A DNA stretch of 64,000 nucleotides from Gordius albopunctatus. Taxonomy: Eukaryota. How positions within the stretch are numbered: position 1 is the first letter of the stretch; each line of letters begins with the position of its first letter. The notes under the pieces were generated by a model that saw only the letters and a program-made list of their open reading frames with translations, had not been told where the DNA came from and did not search any database. The stretch spans positions 6,200,001-6,264,000 of the forward strand of contig OZ193909.1 of NCBI GenBank assembly GCA_964276515.1. Direction: 5' to 3'. Shown one piece after another: positions 41,101 through 52,665 of the stretch. The position numbers and the translations under genes were made by a program.

Positions 41101-41448
41101 ATTGGGATATAATTTATTGACTATTGATTGTTGAGGTAAAAGCTTCCCTGAACTTATCCAGTTCCAAAAAATATTTAGCTTTTTAGACAAGTTATAATTC
41201 TCATTTGATACAATGCCTTTGAGGTTTTTATATTTTATAATTCTGATTAAAGAGGATCCTGATGATTGAAAACTCGTCAGCGATAGATCTTGTAGGATAT
41301 AAAATAAAAATAGACATCCAAATAGTAGGAATATAACAAGAGGTGTTTTTTGTTTTAATTTCCCCCATATCTTAATATAGCTTTTATTGGTCCAATTGAA
41401 AAAATTTTCCAAAGAATCTTTAATGCGACTTTTTTGGGGTAACATCAT
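32101..41448 (-). CDS. Alpha-1,3-fucosyltransferase (GT10); exons 41448-40861, 40393-40123, 33686-33354, 32375-32101
   Basis: Type II TM anchor LVIFLLFGCLFLFYIL, then QIWIFFLV|ESPPH, FNWTGTY..SDIVVPY, ISNC and DVYGQCG. The alpha-1,3 motif is YKFYLAFENSNCVEYVTEK, followed by LAEYLKFL..NDTAYNSYHAWR and C..C..L. Splice phases are consistent. Confidence 0.93.
33731..36087. repeat. Two inverted copies (about 33731-34110 and 35753-36087) of a MITE with GGGCTTG termini, in FucT intron 2
   Basis: TGTCTTAACTTCGAATTCACAG...CCGATACTGAGACAAGCC matches the reverse complement at 35.75-36.09 kb. A related end lies at about 27225-27263. Confidence 0.8.
36380..37990. mobile_element. Foldback-like element with inverted minisatellite arms (copy 1), carrying a nested hAT-type MITE
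   Basis: Starts AGTGATGGGGAAA and ends TTTTCCCATCACTA. Left-arm units are on +, right-arm unit on -. The flanks rejoin into a CATGGGCGTA-type MITE. Confidence 0.75.
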
Positions 41449-41582
41449 AAGATCCAAAATACATGCTTATAACTATCTACAATAATCATTTGACTAATTG
41501 CCGCCATTTAACTAACTCAGGTGTTATTAAAATAAAAAACATAGATTCGGTACATTTGAAAATAAACAAAATTTGTCATATA

Positions 41583-44500
41583 CATAGACTAATAATACCA
41601 TAGACTGCCGAACAGCTGTTTTTTACATTAATATAAAAAAGTAACCTAGGAAGTCGCCCAAGTGGAAATTCTTGAAATTAAGGTAAAATTAAAATTGATA
41701 AATTTAAAACAAATTTTTTAGGAATATGAGGTCTTGCTCAGTAAAGAACTGCATATCTTACCTTAACAAAGAAAATAGCAAAAGTCTGTCATTTCATAAG
41801 TAATCATAAATAAATTTATATATATTATTAGATTCCCAAAAGATCCAGAGATTTTGTCCAAATGGATTAAATTGATGGGCCCTAAATTTAAATTGAAACA
41901 ACATTCAAGTATATGCAGTAAGCACTTTCAACCCCAGGATTTTATTAAAAATAGAAGTAAAAATTATCTCAAAAAAAATAGTGTGCCATCGGTGCCATCT
42001 CTGTATTTGTTAGAAGTAATTATTAAATCTTAATACAATTTAACTAGAACAGTCTCTTGATCGTGGAAATACTGAGCTATGCCAGACTTTATTGAATCAG
42101 TCTCTAGATCAAGGAAATACCGAGCCATCCCAAAATTTATTCAAGGTAAATATTAAATCAGAATTAAATTCAACTAGATCAGTCATCAGGATTAACAGAT
42201 GTAACAAATGTTCCCCCAAAGCAAGTAAATAATTAGATACATTATCATATTTTTTTCCTGTTATTTTATAAACTGTATATTATAGTTATAATATATAAAC
42301 ATATAATAAAATCATAAATTTAGATCTTAAATATCTTCCCCAAGATAATGAGCAAAACATTAAATACAAGTAATTTTAATTTGTAAATTTTCATTAAAAT
42401 TTATTTTAGTAATGCAAGATCATTCATATGCAATGAGTTTTAAGAAAGAAAGGAGAAGGGACATGCTTATAAAGTATTTAAAAAGAACTGTGAAAACTCT
42501 AAAAAATAAGAATTATCGTCAATTAAAGAAACTCAAGACTCTTAAAGATTTGGCTGCTCATCTTGAGAGCAAAGCATTAATTCCAGGAGAAGGGGGTGAT
42601 ATTATTACCAATTATTTTGGTGATACTCCTCTGACTTCAATACTAAATACACACTTGAAATCTGGTGGTGTTTATAATCCCTTAAACAAAGCTTATTCTG
42701 AAGAAATGAAAAGATTCGCAATAACCCTTCATTACTACTCACCTCAAGCCTACAAGTATATTCGGAGTGTCATTTGTATGCCAACGGAGAGCTCTATTAG
42801 AAAATGGTGTGTAAATGACAACATAAAGCCAGGTACATATACATTTTAAATATCTTTTATGTGTAGAATGCTTATAATATATGTTAACAATTTTTTTCAA
42901 AATCTATATATTTTATTTTCAGGGTTTTTAAAAGAGGCTTTTAATATATTAAAAGATTTACAAGCCAATGTAACATATCAACTATATATTTCCCTGACAT
43001 TAGATGAAATGGCCATCAGACGCCATCTAGATTATAAAAAAGGCTTTGAAGGGTATCAAGGAGTTAAATTTTTTTTTAAAATATGTTTTAGGTGTGTGGA
43101 CGTAGGCCAGGGGATACCATCAAATTTGCTCCCAGAAGCCAAAAGTGCTTTATTTATAATGGCAGTTGCCATTAATGGCCACTGGAAGATACCCCTTGGG
43201 TATTTCCTTGTGGGTAGTGTCACTGCCCAGTTACAAGTAACCCTGATAAAAGATACACTAGAGCTGTTAAAAGATTGTGGGGTCATTTGCAAAAATCTGA
43301 CCTGTGACGGACTATCAGCCAACAAAAGGATGGCAGAAAATTTGGGGGTATGCAATTTATTTACACAAGCTCTTAGTACATCTATTGATTAATATTTTTA
43401 TTTCCTGTTTGTTAAATTTAAGTTGATTGAAATATCAAATTAAATTTCACTACTACATTTAATTTTTTATTCATTGCTTAACATTTTTTAAAATACAATA
43501 TCTGATTTTTTGTAAAACTAAATTTATCAACAGGTATCCTTTGATGTTGAATCTCTGCGTCCTTATTTCATAAACCCCACCTGTACCACTGAAAAAATAT
43601 ATTTTATGTTTGATGCATGCCATATGCTCAAACTAGTCAGAAATTTATTTGAGCAAGTCGACTATCTTGTAAATTATGAGGGAAAGGTTTATTCATATTT
43701 ATTTAAATTATATATATGTTTGATAGAGAATTGAATGGAAATTTGTTGTAAGGTTGTATCAATTACAACAACAACAAGGGATGAGAGCAGCTAACAAGCT
43801 TACCAAACAGCATGTCTATTTTCATAATCAAAGGATGAAGGTTGGTTTTTATATCATTTAAATAAACTTATTGAAGGTAAAACTTGCAGCACAGCTCTTT
43901 TCAGAATCTGTCGCGAATGCTATGGAATTTGCCAGGGATATAGATCCTGTCTCATTCCAGGATTGCCAGGCAACTATTGAGTTTGTCCTTATAATGAATC
44001 AGTATGATTATTAATTTGTTACTAATTTATCTTTAAGACTATTTGATACCCTTAATTCACGGAATGCTCTGCATAAGGGCAATAAAAAGCCTTTATACAA
44101 GGAATCCTTAGCTAACTTAAATGAGTTTTATTTTAATTGTGCAAAATATTTGCGAAGTTTGTGCCTTCCAGACGGAAGACCTGTTATACAATCAAATAAA
44201 AAAATAGGAATTTTAGGGATGTTAATAGATATGCAAGCAATTCAATTGCTTGCATCTGATCTTTTGGTCAAGACCGAACCTCCTCTAAAGTAATTATATT
44301 TATTCTAACCATTTATAAAAACTTAGGTATCTATTGACTTATAAACTTTCCCAAGACCACCTAGAAAGTTTTTTTGGGTTAATCAGGGCCCGAGGTTATA
44401 ACAATAACAATCCTTCGGCTACACAATTGCGTCAAGCATTAAACAAAATTTTTTTAACTAAAATATATTACCCCTTCTCCGGAAACTCTTCTCCGCAGGA

Positions 44501-45537
44501 TGCAACATCTATTGCTGATGCAAGTTTTATCGAGCCTAATGAGGATTTGAATGAACTAGAAGATATAAATTACGCCGAAATAAATATCAATTTAATTTCA
44601 CCTTATATTTCATGTATTTCTTCTTATATCGGTGGATACATTGTGAGGCAAATGGTTTTGCGCAAAAAAGTAACTTGTAAAATTTGTATTAAATCATTAA
44701 TTAATTGTCAACCCCATTTATCTTTAGATTATCTATTAATTAATTTAAAAAACAAAGGTGGACTAATTGTCCCGTCCACTGATGTTATTAAGATTTGCAA
44801 ATATACCCAATTAATATTTCAAGTTTTAAAAAATAAAAATAAACTTTTTTCTAAAAGCATTTTATTTATAATAGAAATTAAGGTTTTTCATTCATTAATT
44901 GGATCTAACATTTTTTCATCTTTAAATAATCATATTGTTGATCAGGAAGTAGGCTCTCTAAATCATTTACAATTATTAGTTAAATTAATAGTTAATACAT
45001 ATAGCAAAATTTTATTTCATAATTTTTGCAATATTTCTAACCAAGAATTTAAAAGTAACATTAGGCAAAAATTAAATAAAACTATTATTTTTACGGGACA
45101 GTAATTTTTTTTATTCACAATTAGTTAATTTATTAATATATATTTACTTGTTAAATCTTGCATGATGCCCGGTATCGTTTTATGTAAAATTGTATCTTTT
45201 TTGATTAATACTTCAAATAAAATATATTATAGATGGCGCTATATTTATATTTCTCTTTATCATTCTAAATCGTAAAATATTCGTTTTTTCTTAAAATATT
45301 TTTCAAATTCAAAAACAATGGTGTTTTCTCTTTCCTTAATTATATTTTTTCTTTACTAAATGTTTTTTTATGATTTAGTAACTTAATTTATAAATTTAAA
45401 ATAAAATGTAGTAAAATAGAACAAAATACATTACGCTAAGTTCTACACGCAGTTAAAAATTTCCACAAGCATGGCGGCTTTAATAGTTACTTCTGAATTA
45501 TCAGCTGTTCGGCAGTCTATGGTATTATTAGTCTATG
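41583..45537 (+). mobile_element. Complete P-superfamily DNA transposon
   Basis: Perfect 36-bp TIR CATAGACTAATAATACCATAGACTGCCGAACAGCTG. Perfect 8-bp TSD GTCATATA at 41575-41582 and 45538-45545. Confidence 0.97.
41726..45104 (+). CDS. THAP-domain P-element transposase (THAP9-like), about 13 exons
   Basis: THAP domain MRSCSVKNC...SFHK|FPKD...W...ICSKHF...VPS and a DHSY motif. Core motifs FAITLHYYSPQAYKYIR, DEMAIR, TCDG, DACHMLKLVRN, MK|VKLAAQLFS, LFDTLNS and SQDHLESFFGLIR..NNNP. An open spliced frame can be built. Linker exons 3-5 (about 42050-42370) are less certain. Confidence 0.92.
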
Positions 45538-47743
45538 GTCATATATGAAAATTGTATACCAAAACCCTCTTGTATTCTGCTTATTTAGTAAACAAAAATA
45601 TAGAGCAATGTAATTAAATATTTTTATATGATAATTTAAGTTATTGGTAAATTTTATGTATTACCGCCTATTTTCAATATAGTAGGATACTATATGTTAC
45701 CATCCTATTAATTAGTTCTCCCCATTAAAGTTCAGATTATTGGCTTAGTGTAATTTTATTAGTTTCAAAAAAATATGGCGATTCATTTTATCTTATATAT
45801 AAAAATGAAAATATGTGTGTGTGTGTATATATATATGCCGCCACCAATTTTGGAAAACTACCAGACCGATTTGGCTCAAACTTTCACAGGTTATTTCTGA
45901 CACTCTGGAGCATGTTGTAAGATTTGTTTGAGCCAAGTCAATCCAGTAGTTTTCGAGTATTCGTACACGTTGCACTGTATACGGAGATAGAACAATAGAA
46001 GTAGAACATATAGACATCAAACTTTATTTTTACTTCAATAACCGCTTTATCATCATATATGCCCTAAAATTCCAACATAATTTATCTAGTTTAATATATA
46101 AAAACCTTTACTATAAATTTGAGATATTCTTTTTTAAATATAACTCCAATTTTTTACTAAAAAATCGTTATAAATAAAATACTTGTAAATTTATTTGCAA
46201 ATAAACAAGTTTCGTTTGATAAAGCGGTACGAGCAAAAAAATATTTTTTGCTTTAATAACTTTAATATAAGTGTAGAAAGTTGTAGGATTAAAATATCTC
46301 AACAATAGAGTAATGTAAAAGGGTCGATCAATATTTTTTTAATTTATTGAATCAACATTTATTGTCGGCTGGTAATAAAGTTTTTAATATTTGATATTAG
46401 TTATGTTTGTTATCGGAGGTACTAAGGTTTTTAAGTGTTTAAGTATATCGATTCTTTGAACTAGAAACCAGAATCATTTTCCTCCTTCGACCGTCCCCTC
46501 ATTGATTAATTTGATAAATATATTAAATTTAAAAACTTATTTACATAATATATACAGGTAAATAGTTAAATTTAAAATAAATGATGATTGATCAAAAATG
46601 CCTACACTTTAACACAACGCTAATATTCAACATAAGCGACCTTTCTTAAATTGTGAAGATTAGACACTTAAGGCCATAAAAAAATGGCTATTAATTTTAT
46701 AAAGAGGTTGGTTATTACATTTGAATTGTCCTGAGTATTTTCAATTTTTCCTCTCACCACACGAGAATTTGTTTTTCCTCCATATCAGCAATACTATTTG
46801 CGTCCCGATGAATTTTAATTTTGAGATTGGAATATTATCCTATAAATCACTATTATCTAAAGTGTATTTGAAACGATTGAAATTATAATACGGAAATAGA
46901 AATACAATAAATCTTTGCTTTTCCCATAAACAACGTCACTTATACCGTTTGTAGACTAAATTTCATGAAGAACATTTTCATTTGTTGTAAGGAGCCATAA
47001 TAGATTAATTAGACTTATATATTTGTAAGATATTTCACTGACAACATTAAATTTAAAAATATAATTCAAGCCCTAAAATGCTAAATCATTTTTCTATATA
47101 TATAAGGACTCGAAAGCAGAATTTAACATAATATTTAATTGACAAAAGAATTATGTAAAACTAGTGATGTTAACTAGCGGGTCGTATTGGACCTACCCTG
47201 TCGAAAGGAGTAAACAGACTTAACATATCACCATGAAAAGAATCTGAAAAGAGCATATCCAATATAAGATGCCCTTTTTGTAGATAAATCTAGTATGGGG
47301 CGGGCGTTGTTGATTTAATAGCACCACCACAGGTGCCGTATATTCTATCTACATTTAGGCTAAATACTGTTAGAGTCAGTCTAACGTTATTCTTATTAGC
47401 ACACGTTTGCTAGTGATACAAGTTGACAGTAACACCTAGTATTTAATGGCACATCTGAGTCTTTTTGATAAAAGAATATACTAGGGGCCGGCTTACACCA
47501 CAGCGACATTGAGAGTCCATATAAGAAAAAGAGACTGGTACTTATTACATGTCTATTTTATGAACACCATAATATTCATGGGTGTATCCAAGATTTGATT
47601 TAGAGGGGCCAATAATGATTTGGGGGGGGGTCAAAATAATAATTTTTTTTAGTAATTTTAGTCTTATTTATATTAAATTGGGAAGAGTTTTTGGATTTAG
47701 AAGGGGGCAGGCCGCCCCTCGCTGCCAACCCTGGCTAGTTCTA

Positions 47744-49705
47744 TGTTAATATCACTCTAGCAGATCGGCACGCCCTCTTCCAGCGCGCCCGTTACAACAT
47801 TATGTAAAACACTGAAAAATAGAGAAATACTATCGCTGCCATTTCCTCGGTATTAATTGCTATTATTGTAGAGAGGTAATTGGAGTGCGAAGTGCCTCCG
47901 GGGATACGTTATTTACCGATGTGTTGTCAATAAAATTACCGTTAATTGATTGTAACTTATATATTCGTTTGATATACACGTTTTAATCACTTACTATGTT
48001 TGTATCGCTGCGTAACCTAGATTAAATAAGATTCCCAACCTTAACAGTGGCGACGTGAAACCTACGCGGAGATGCAGAAATATAAAATCACGGCGAACAT
48101 CGACGCTTTTATAACAAAATTTGAGCTATTCCTAAGGAGCAATAAGCCTGAGACAGACGATCTAAAGGCGGCTCTACTATCAACCAGCCTCGATTGGGAG
48201 GCATTCCAATTAATTTTAGAAGACTATAGACCTCAAGATTTGACAGGAATTACATATGAAGATGCCAAAAATCGACTCAGAAAATTATTCCAGAGGAATT
48301 CATGCGCGAGGGCAAAGAGTTATGAATTCTCAAAAGTTCGACAAGGTCAGGGAAAGACGATAGACGTGTACGCAAATAAACTCAAGGCCGGAGCTAACAG
48401 CTGCAAATTCGGGAACAAAGAATGGCAGAACAAAATTGCTGACCAATTCATTATAGGAATACGCGATAGATCAAATGGGACCGCCTACGAGAGCTGGCGT
48501 TAACGGCCGAGGAGATAAATGAGGGGCTAAGCACCTTACAGGACGGGTCCGAAGAGGCGTGGAGCGTAGTGACGAGTTGAGAAGCGTGGCCTGGGCCGGT
48601 CCTGATTCCCAGGTTAAACCATGCTTTAGATCTGTTAACAGTAGATATATATATTAATAACGAGTTGTTCCAATGTATCTTCGATACGGGCGCTACCATA
48701 TCAATCATCCCGGCGCGAAGATGGGCGAAGGAGATCCCACGCAACAAAGAGTCCGTCCCGACGGTGTACGCGTACGGCCACGAGGAAATAAATATCGTAA
48801 CCAAGGTACAAGCCGATGTCCGAATGGGTAACACGAGGAAACAGCTGTCGTTATTGTTAGCAGACGTAGCGGAGCCGCCGTTGTGTGGAATCGATTGGAT
48901 CCAAGAATTCGAGCCCAAAATCTGGCGAAGAATATGTTGGAACTCGAGAGCTGCGGCAGAACGGTTCGCGGTCAATTATGTGAAAAGACCGAAGGATACC
49001 AAGTCCGCGATCCAGCGCGTGATGAAGCAATGGGATGGCCAGCTAGAGGAATAACTGTGGAAGTACCGTTAAAAGAGGGCATAGATCCCGTATTTATCCC
49101 AGCACGAAGGGTGCCGATGACGTGGAAGAAAGAAGTAGAAGAAGAGTTGAATAAATGGGTCAGAGACGGGGCAATAGAATCAGTCGATTTCTCAAGATGG
49201 GCCAGTCCAGTAGTACCCGTAAAAAAAGCGATGGGTGTCTACGATTATGCATAGACTACCGGTTTATGATAAATAAATACGCAGAAGGTTTGTTGTACCC
49301 CTTACCCAAAATCGACGATTTGTTAAATAAACTCGATAACGCGTGTTGTTTTACTAAGCTGGACCTAACGAAAGCGTACCTACAGCTTGGATTGGGTCCA
49401 CAGACGAGCCAACGATTGACCATCTCTACGCATAAGGGCTTATTTAAAGTTAACCGGATGCCTTTTGGCTTAAATTGTGCCGCGGCTATTTTCCAAAAAA
49501 TAATGGATCAAATATTAGGAGGCATGAAGGGGGTAGCGGTATACATAGACGATATACTAATTGCAGGGTAAATGGAAGAAATCTACAACAAGCGGTTACT
49601 CAAAGTACTAGACACGTTACAAAATTGAGGGGGGGAAGGGTTCGTATCAAACATTTCCAAGAGCATCTTGTGGGCTAAGGAAGTAACATTTTTGGGATAC
49701 GTAAT
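47744..49705 (+). mobile_element. Ty3/Gypsy 5' half: LTR 47744-48046, PBS, gag, protease, truncated RT (frameshifted)
   Basis: LTR TGTTAA...TTAACA with AATAAA, then GTGGCGACG. Gag 48072-48503, protease FDTGA, RT LDLTKAYLQ, MPFGL and YIDDILI. The sequence is cut at FLGYVI. Confidence 0.9.
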
Positions 49706-50243
49706 TGTCATATCCATGAGAAAATAAAAAAAAGGGAACCAGCCCTTATAAGGTATGGGCACGTGATAAGAGGAAAAACAAACGAAGGGAGAAGGAAGGT
49801 TACCGAAATTGGGTTGGTAGTTAAATATTAGTACAAGGATACAGCTATAAATTAAGACTTGGCCTGAAAGAAGTAGCAGAAGGAAGCAAGGGTACGACAC
49901 AACCTGGTAATAAATATCGAATTGGCATAAGAAAGGTAAGGGAAACCTAGAACTGTCAGCTGAGGATTCCAAAGGATGTGGAAAAGCCTTGGAAGTGAAG
50001 GGCCATTCATCACGAAATTGGCACGGTAAAATGGGTCAAAAAGAAAAGAAGTTTCAAGGATAAAGATACAGGCCAAGAAAATCAGAAAACTATATAAGTC
50101 CCAGCAAAATCGATACTAGATAGAAAAAAGAAACAGAAAAATGGGATTTCCTCCCGTAGAATGGGAATTCCTCCATTGTAAACCCAATTCTCCCCCCCCC
50201 CCCTGTAATCGCTAGAAATTATATTCCCGCGCTATTACCGTCT
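49706..50243 (+). repeat. LTR-like repeat, near-identical to 60169-60705
   Basis: Both copies begin TGTCATATCCATGAG and align for about 535 bp. The 60169 copy is preceded by the purine tract GAAGAAAAGGGAGG. Confidence 0.8.
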
Positions 50244-50370
50244 TGTTAACAATTATTGCCGCCTACTTCCATTTTATAACGTGTCCGGAGTTGCATTATA
50301 GTTCTTGGAGTGAATAAACTAGTATTGGAGTATCATATCCCCCTTTGGGTGGAGGATGTAAAAGTGGTGC

Positions 50371-50490
50371 CCCGGTTATACGCGTACAAAAGACGACCTT
50401 AAGATTATACACAAGCAAAACCGCCGCAATCCCGGTTATACTCGTACAAAAGTCGACCTTAAGATTCAACACAATCAAAACCGCCGCAAT
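50371..50490 (+). repeat. 60-bp tandem duplication
   Basis: CCCGGTTATAC.CGTACAAAAG.CGACCTTAAGATT..ACACAA.CAAAACCGCCGCAAT occurs twice head to tail. Confidence 0.9.
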
Positions 50491-51110
50491 CCAACGGACA
50501 AAACACAGCCGTGAGACTCAACCGCAATCAGACGCAATAAAAACAGACGAAATTCGTAATGGACACACACGGAAACCAGCGTTATAAAAAGGTATGTTAA
50601 TTTATTATATAATATTTTTGGTGATTTTATTAATTTTAAAAAAATTATTTTAGCATGTTTGGTAAAAGCGATAATCGACTTGATTTAAGAAATTTGTTTG
50701 GTGATTTATATAAATATACAAGCGCGCGTTATATTTATTTAAGTATATGGTGATGTATTACGGTATCTAGAATATTTATTGGTTACAGATTTATATATTG
50801 TAAAAAAAAACGGGCGTAGTTGAGTAAATAATTGAGACACAAATGACAAAGCAATCATGGAAAAAAGTTTAAGGCAAAAAGTAGCACCATAACGATAAAT
50901 AAGTACAAACAACGCAGTATAAATAATCCGCTAGATGGCGCTAACCAAATTAAAAAACATGGTTCCCGCTGTCGTAGTGTGATAAAAAGTGTTTACAAAC
51001 CATCTACAATGCTAAGGCAATAATCTGGCCAAATTTGGTGGCAATCGGTTGAGAACTTCAAAAGTTATTAGCGTACAAAAAAACGGGACTTAGATTTTTA
51101 TATATATAGA

Positions 51111-51380
51111 TTGAACCTTGTTATTTTGATATTGGGCATTTTAATTGGACAGTTAGTTAATAAATTAACCAAGAGAGTGAGGTGCTTTACGTGCGGAAAC
51201 ACAAATCATTTACAGCGTAATTGTTATTTTAATAATAAGCAATTAAGTAATCCATCATTACATACCCCAAACCAAAGTAAAAATAATTATGTCACTCCCC
51301 GATGTGTAAATTGTGGAGATATTGGGCATTATGCTGAATTTTGCAAAAATAAAATGTTATTTCCCAAATATAAGCCCTAA
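51111..51380 (+). other. Orphan double CCHC zinc-knuckle reading frame (gag remnant or isolated exon)
   Basis: CFTCGNTNHLQRNC and CVNCGDIGHYAEFC are both CX2CX4HX4C. There is no ATG start (TTG only). Confidence 0.65.
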
Positions 51381-52665
51381 GAACTTATATTTTATTTTAA
51401 TAATAATGTGCAATTACTAATAATATAAAAAATAAATTGTTAGCACCTTCCCCATAATGTTCGTAACCCCCCCCCCCTGCGTTTGCTATGTCGAATTCGT
51501 TATATAAGATAAAATATTAATTTCCATAATAAATTTTATTGATTGTATTGCATAATATGTTTATTGTGCAATTTGCATAAAATATATTAATATTGATATG
51601 TATAAATAAAAATTTTTTGACTACTAGTGTTGAACTTTGATTTCGAAAAAAAAATAATAATAATAATAAAAGGTATCATTAGCATGAAGAATTTAAAGTA
51701 AAAGGGTCATAGTAAAAAATTAATAAAGGATTAATAGAAATTTTAACATGTTGAACAAATTATTTTGGGGTTTGCAACTTTTTATTAAAATTATGATAAA
51801 TATAGTGCAGTTTGGTACTTTGAAAATACATGGGAAATAGCGTTTTTAAGGAGCTAAAGCTATAGCACATAGTCACTTTAAGTGCTATAAGCTATAGGAG
51901 ATGGGAGGTTTGAGGTGCTATAAGCTATAGGAGATGGGAGTTTCAGGTGCTATGTGCTATAGGAGATGGGAGGTATGAGGTGCTATGTGCTATAGGAGAT
52001 GGGAGTTTGAGGTGCTATGTGCTATAGGAGATGGGAGTTTGAGGTGCTATGTGCTATAGGAGATGGGAGGTATGAGGTGCTATGTGCTATAGGAGATGGG
52101 AGTTTGAGGTGCTATGTGCTATAGGAGATGGGAGTTTGAGGTGCTATGTGCTATAGGAGATGGGAGGTTTGAGGTGCTATGTGCTATAGGAGATGGGAGT
52201 TTGAGGTGCTATGTGCTATAGCCGATTGCACTTAAATGCGCTACTCCTATAGCACCGGCGCTAACACTGGGAATAATTTTTTTAATTGTTTATTTTGATT
52301 TTATTAAATATTAAAATACATCTGAATATAATTTTTTTGCCCTATCTTACCATCTAACTACGACTTATTTTAATATAAATTTAATTAAATGTATGACTTT
52401 AATTTTATTTTGCATTGCTTCTACATTTATTTTATCAATAAGTCGCCACGCCCCCCTCTGAATGACGGAAAAAAAATTTTTCCAATGTAAAAAAACCCTT
52501 ACAAATTAATAATTTTTTTTTATTTAGCCCCTCCCTAATTCAACTTTTATTTTAACCGTTTGCCCCCCCCCCCTTAATTCAAAACCTAGTTATGCCCTAC
52601 GCCCATGTTTTTGAGAATAAAAAAATTAAACTCCCCCTTTCCTTAAGTTAATATGTTTCAATTAA

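Noticed and set aside
41499..41510. YY1-like GCCGCCATTT motif upstream of FucT
   Set aside because: It is a short motif, similar words recur inside TEs in the window, and there is no independent support.
51890..52220. CRISPR-like array of about 32-bp repeats (also 5489-5755 and 55390-55620)
   Set aside because: Units are contiguous with no unique spacers, there are no cas genes, and the context is eukaryotic. It is a minisatellite.
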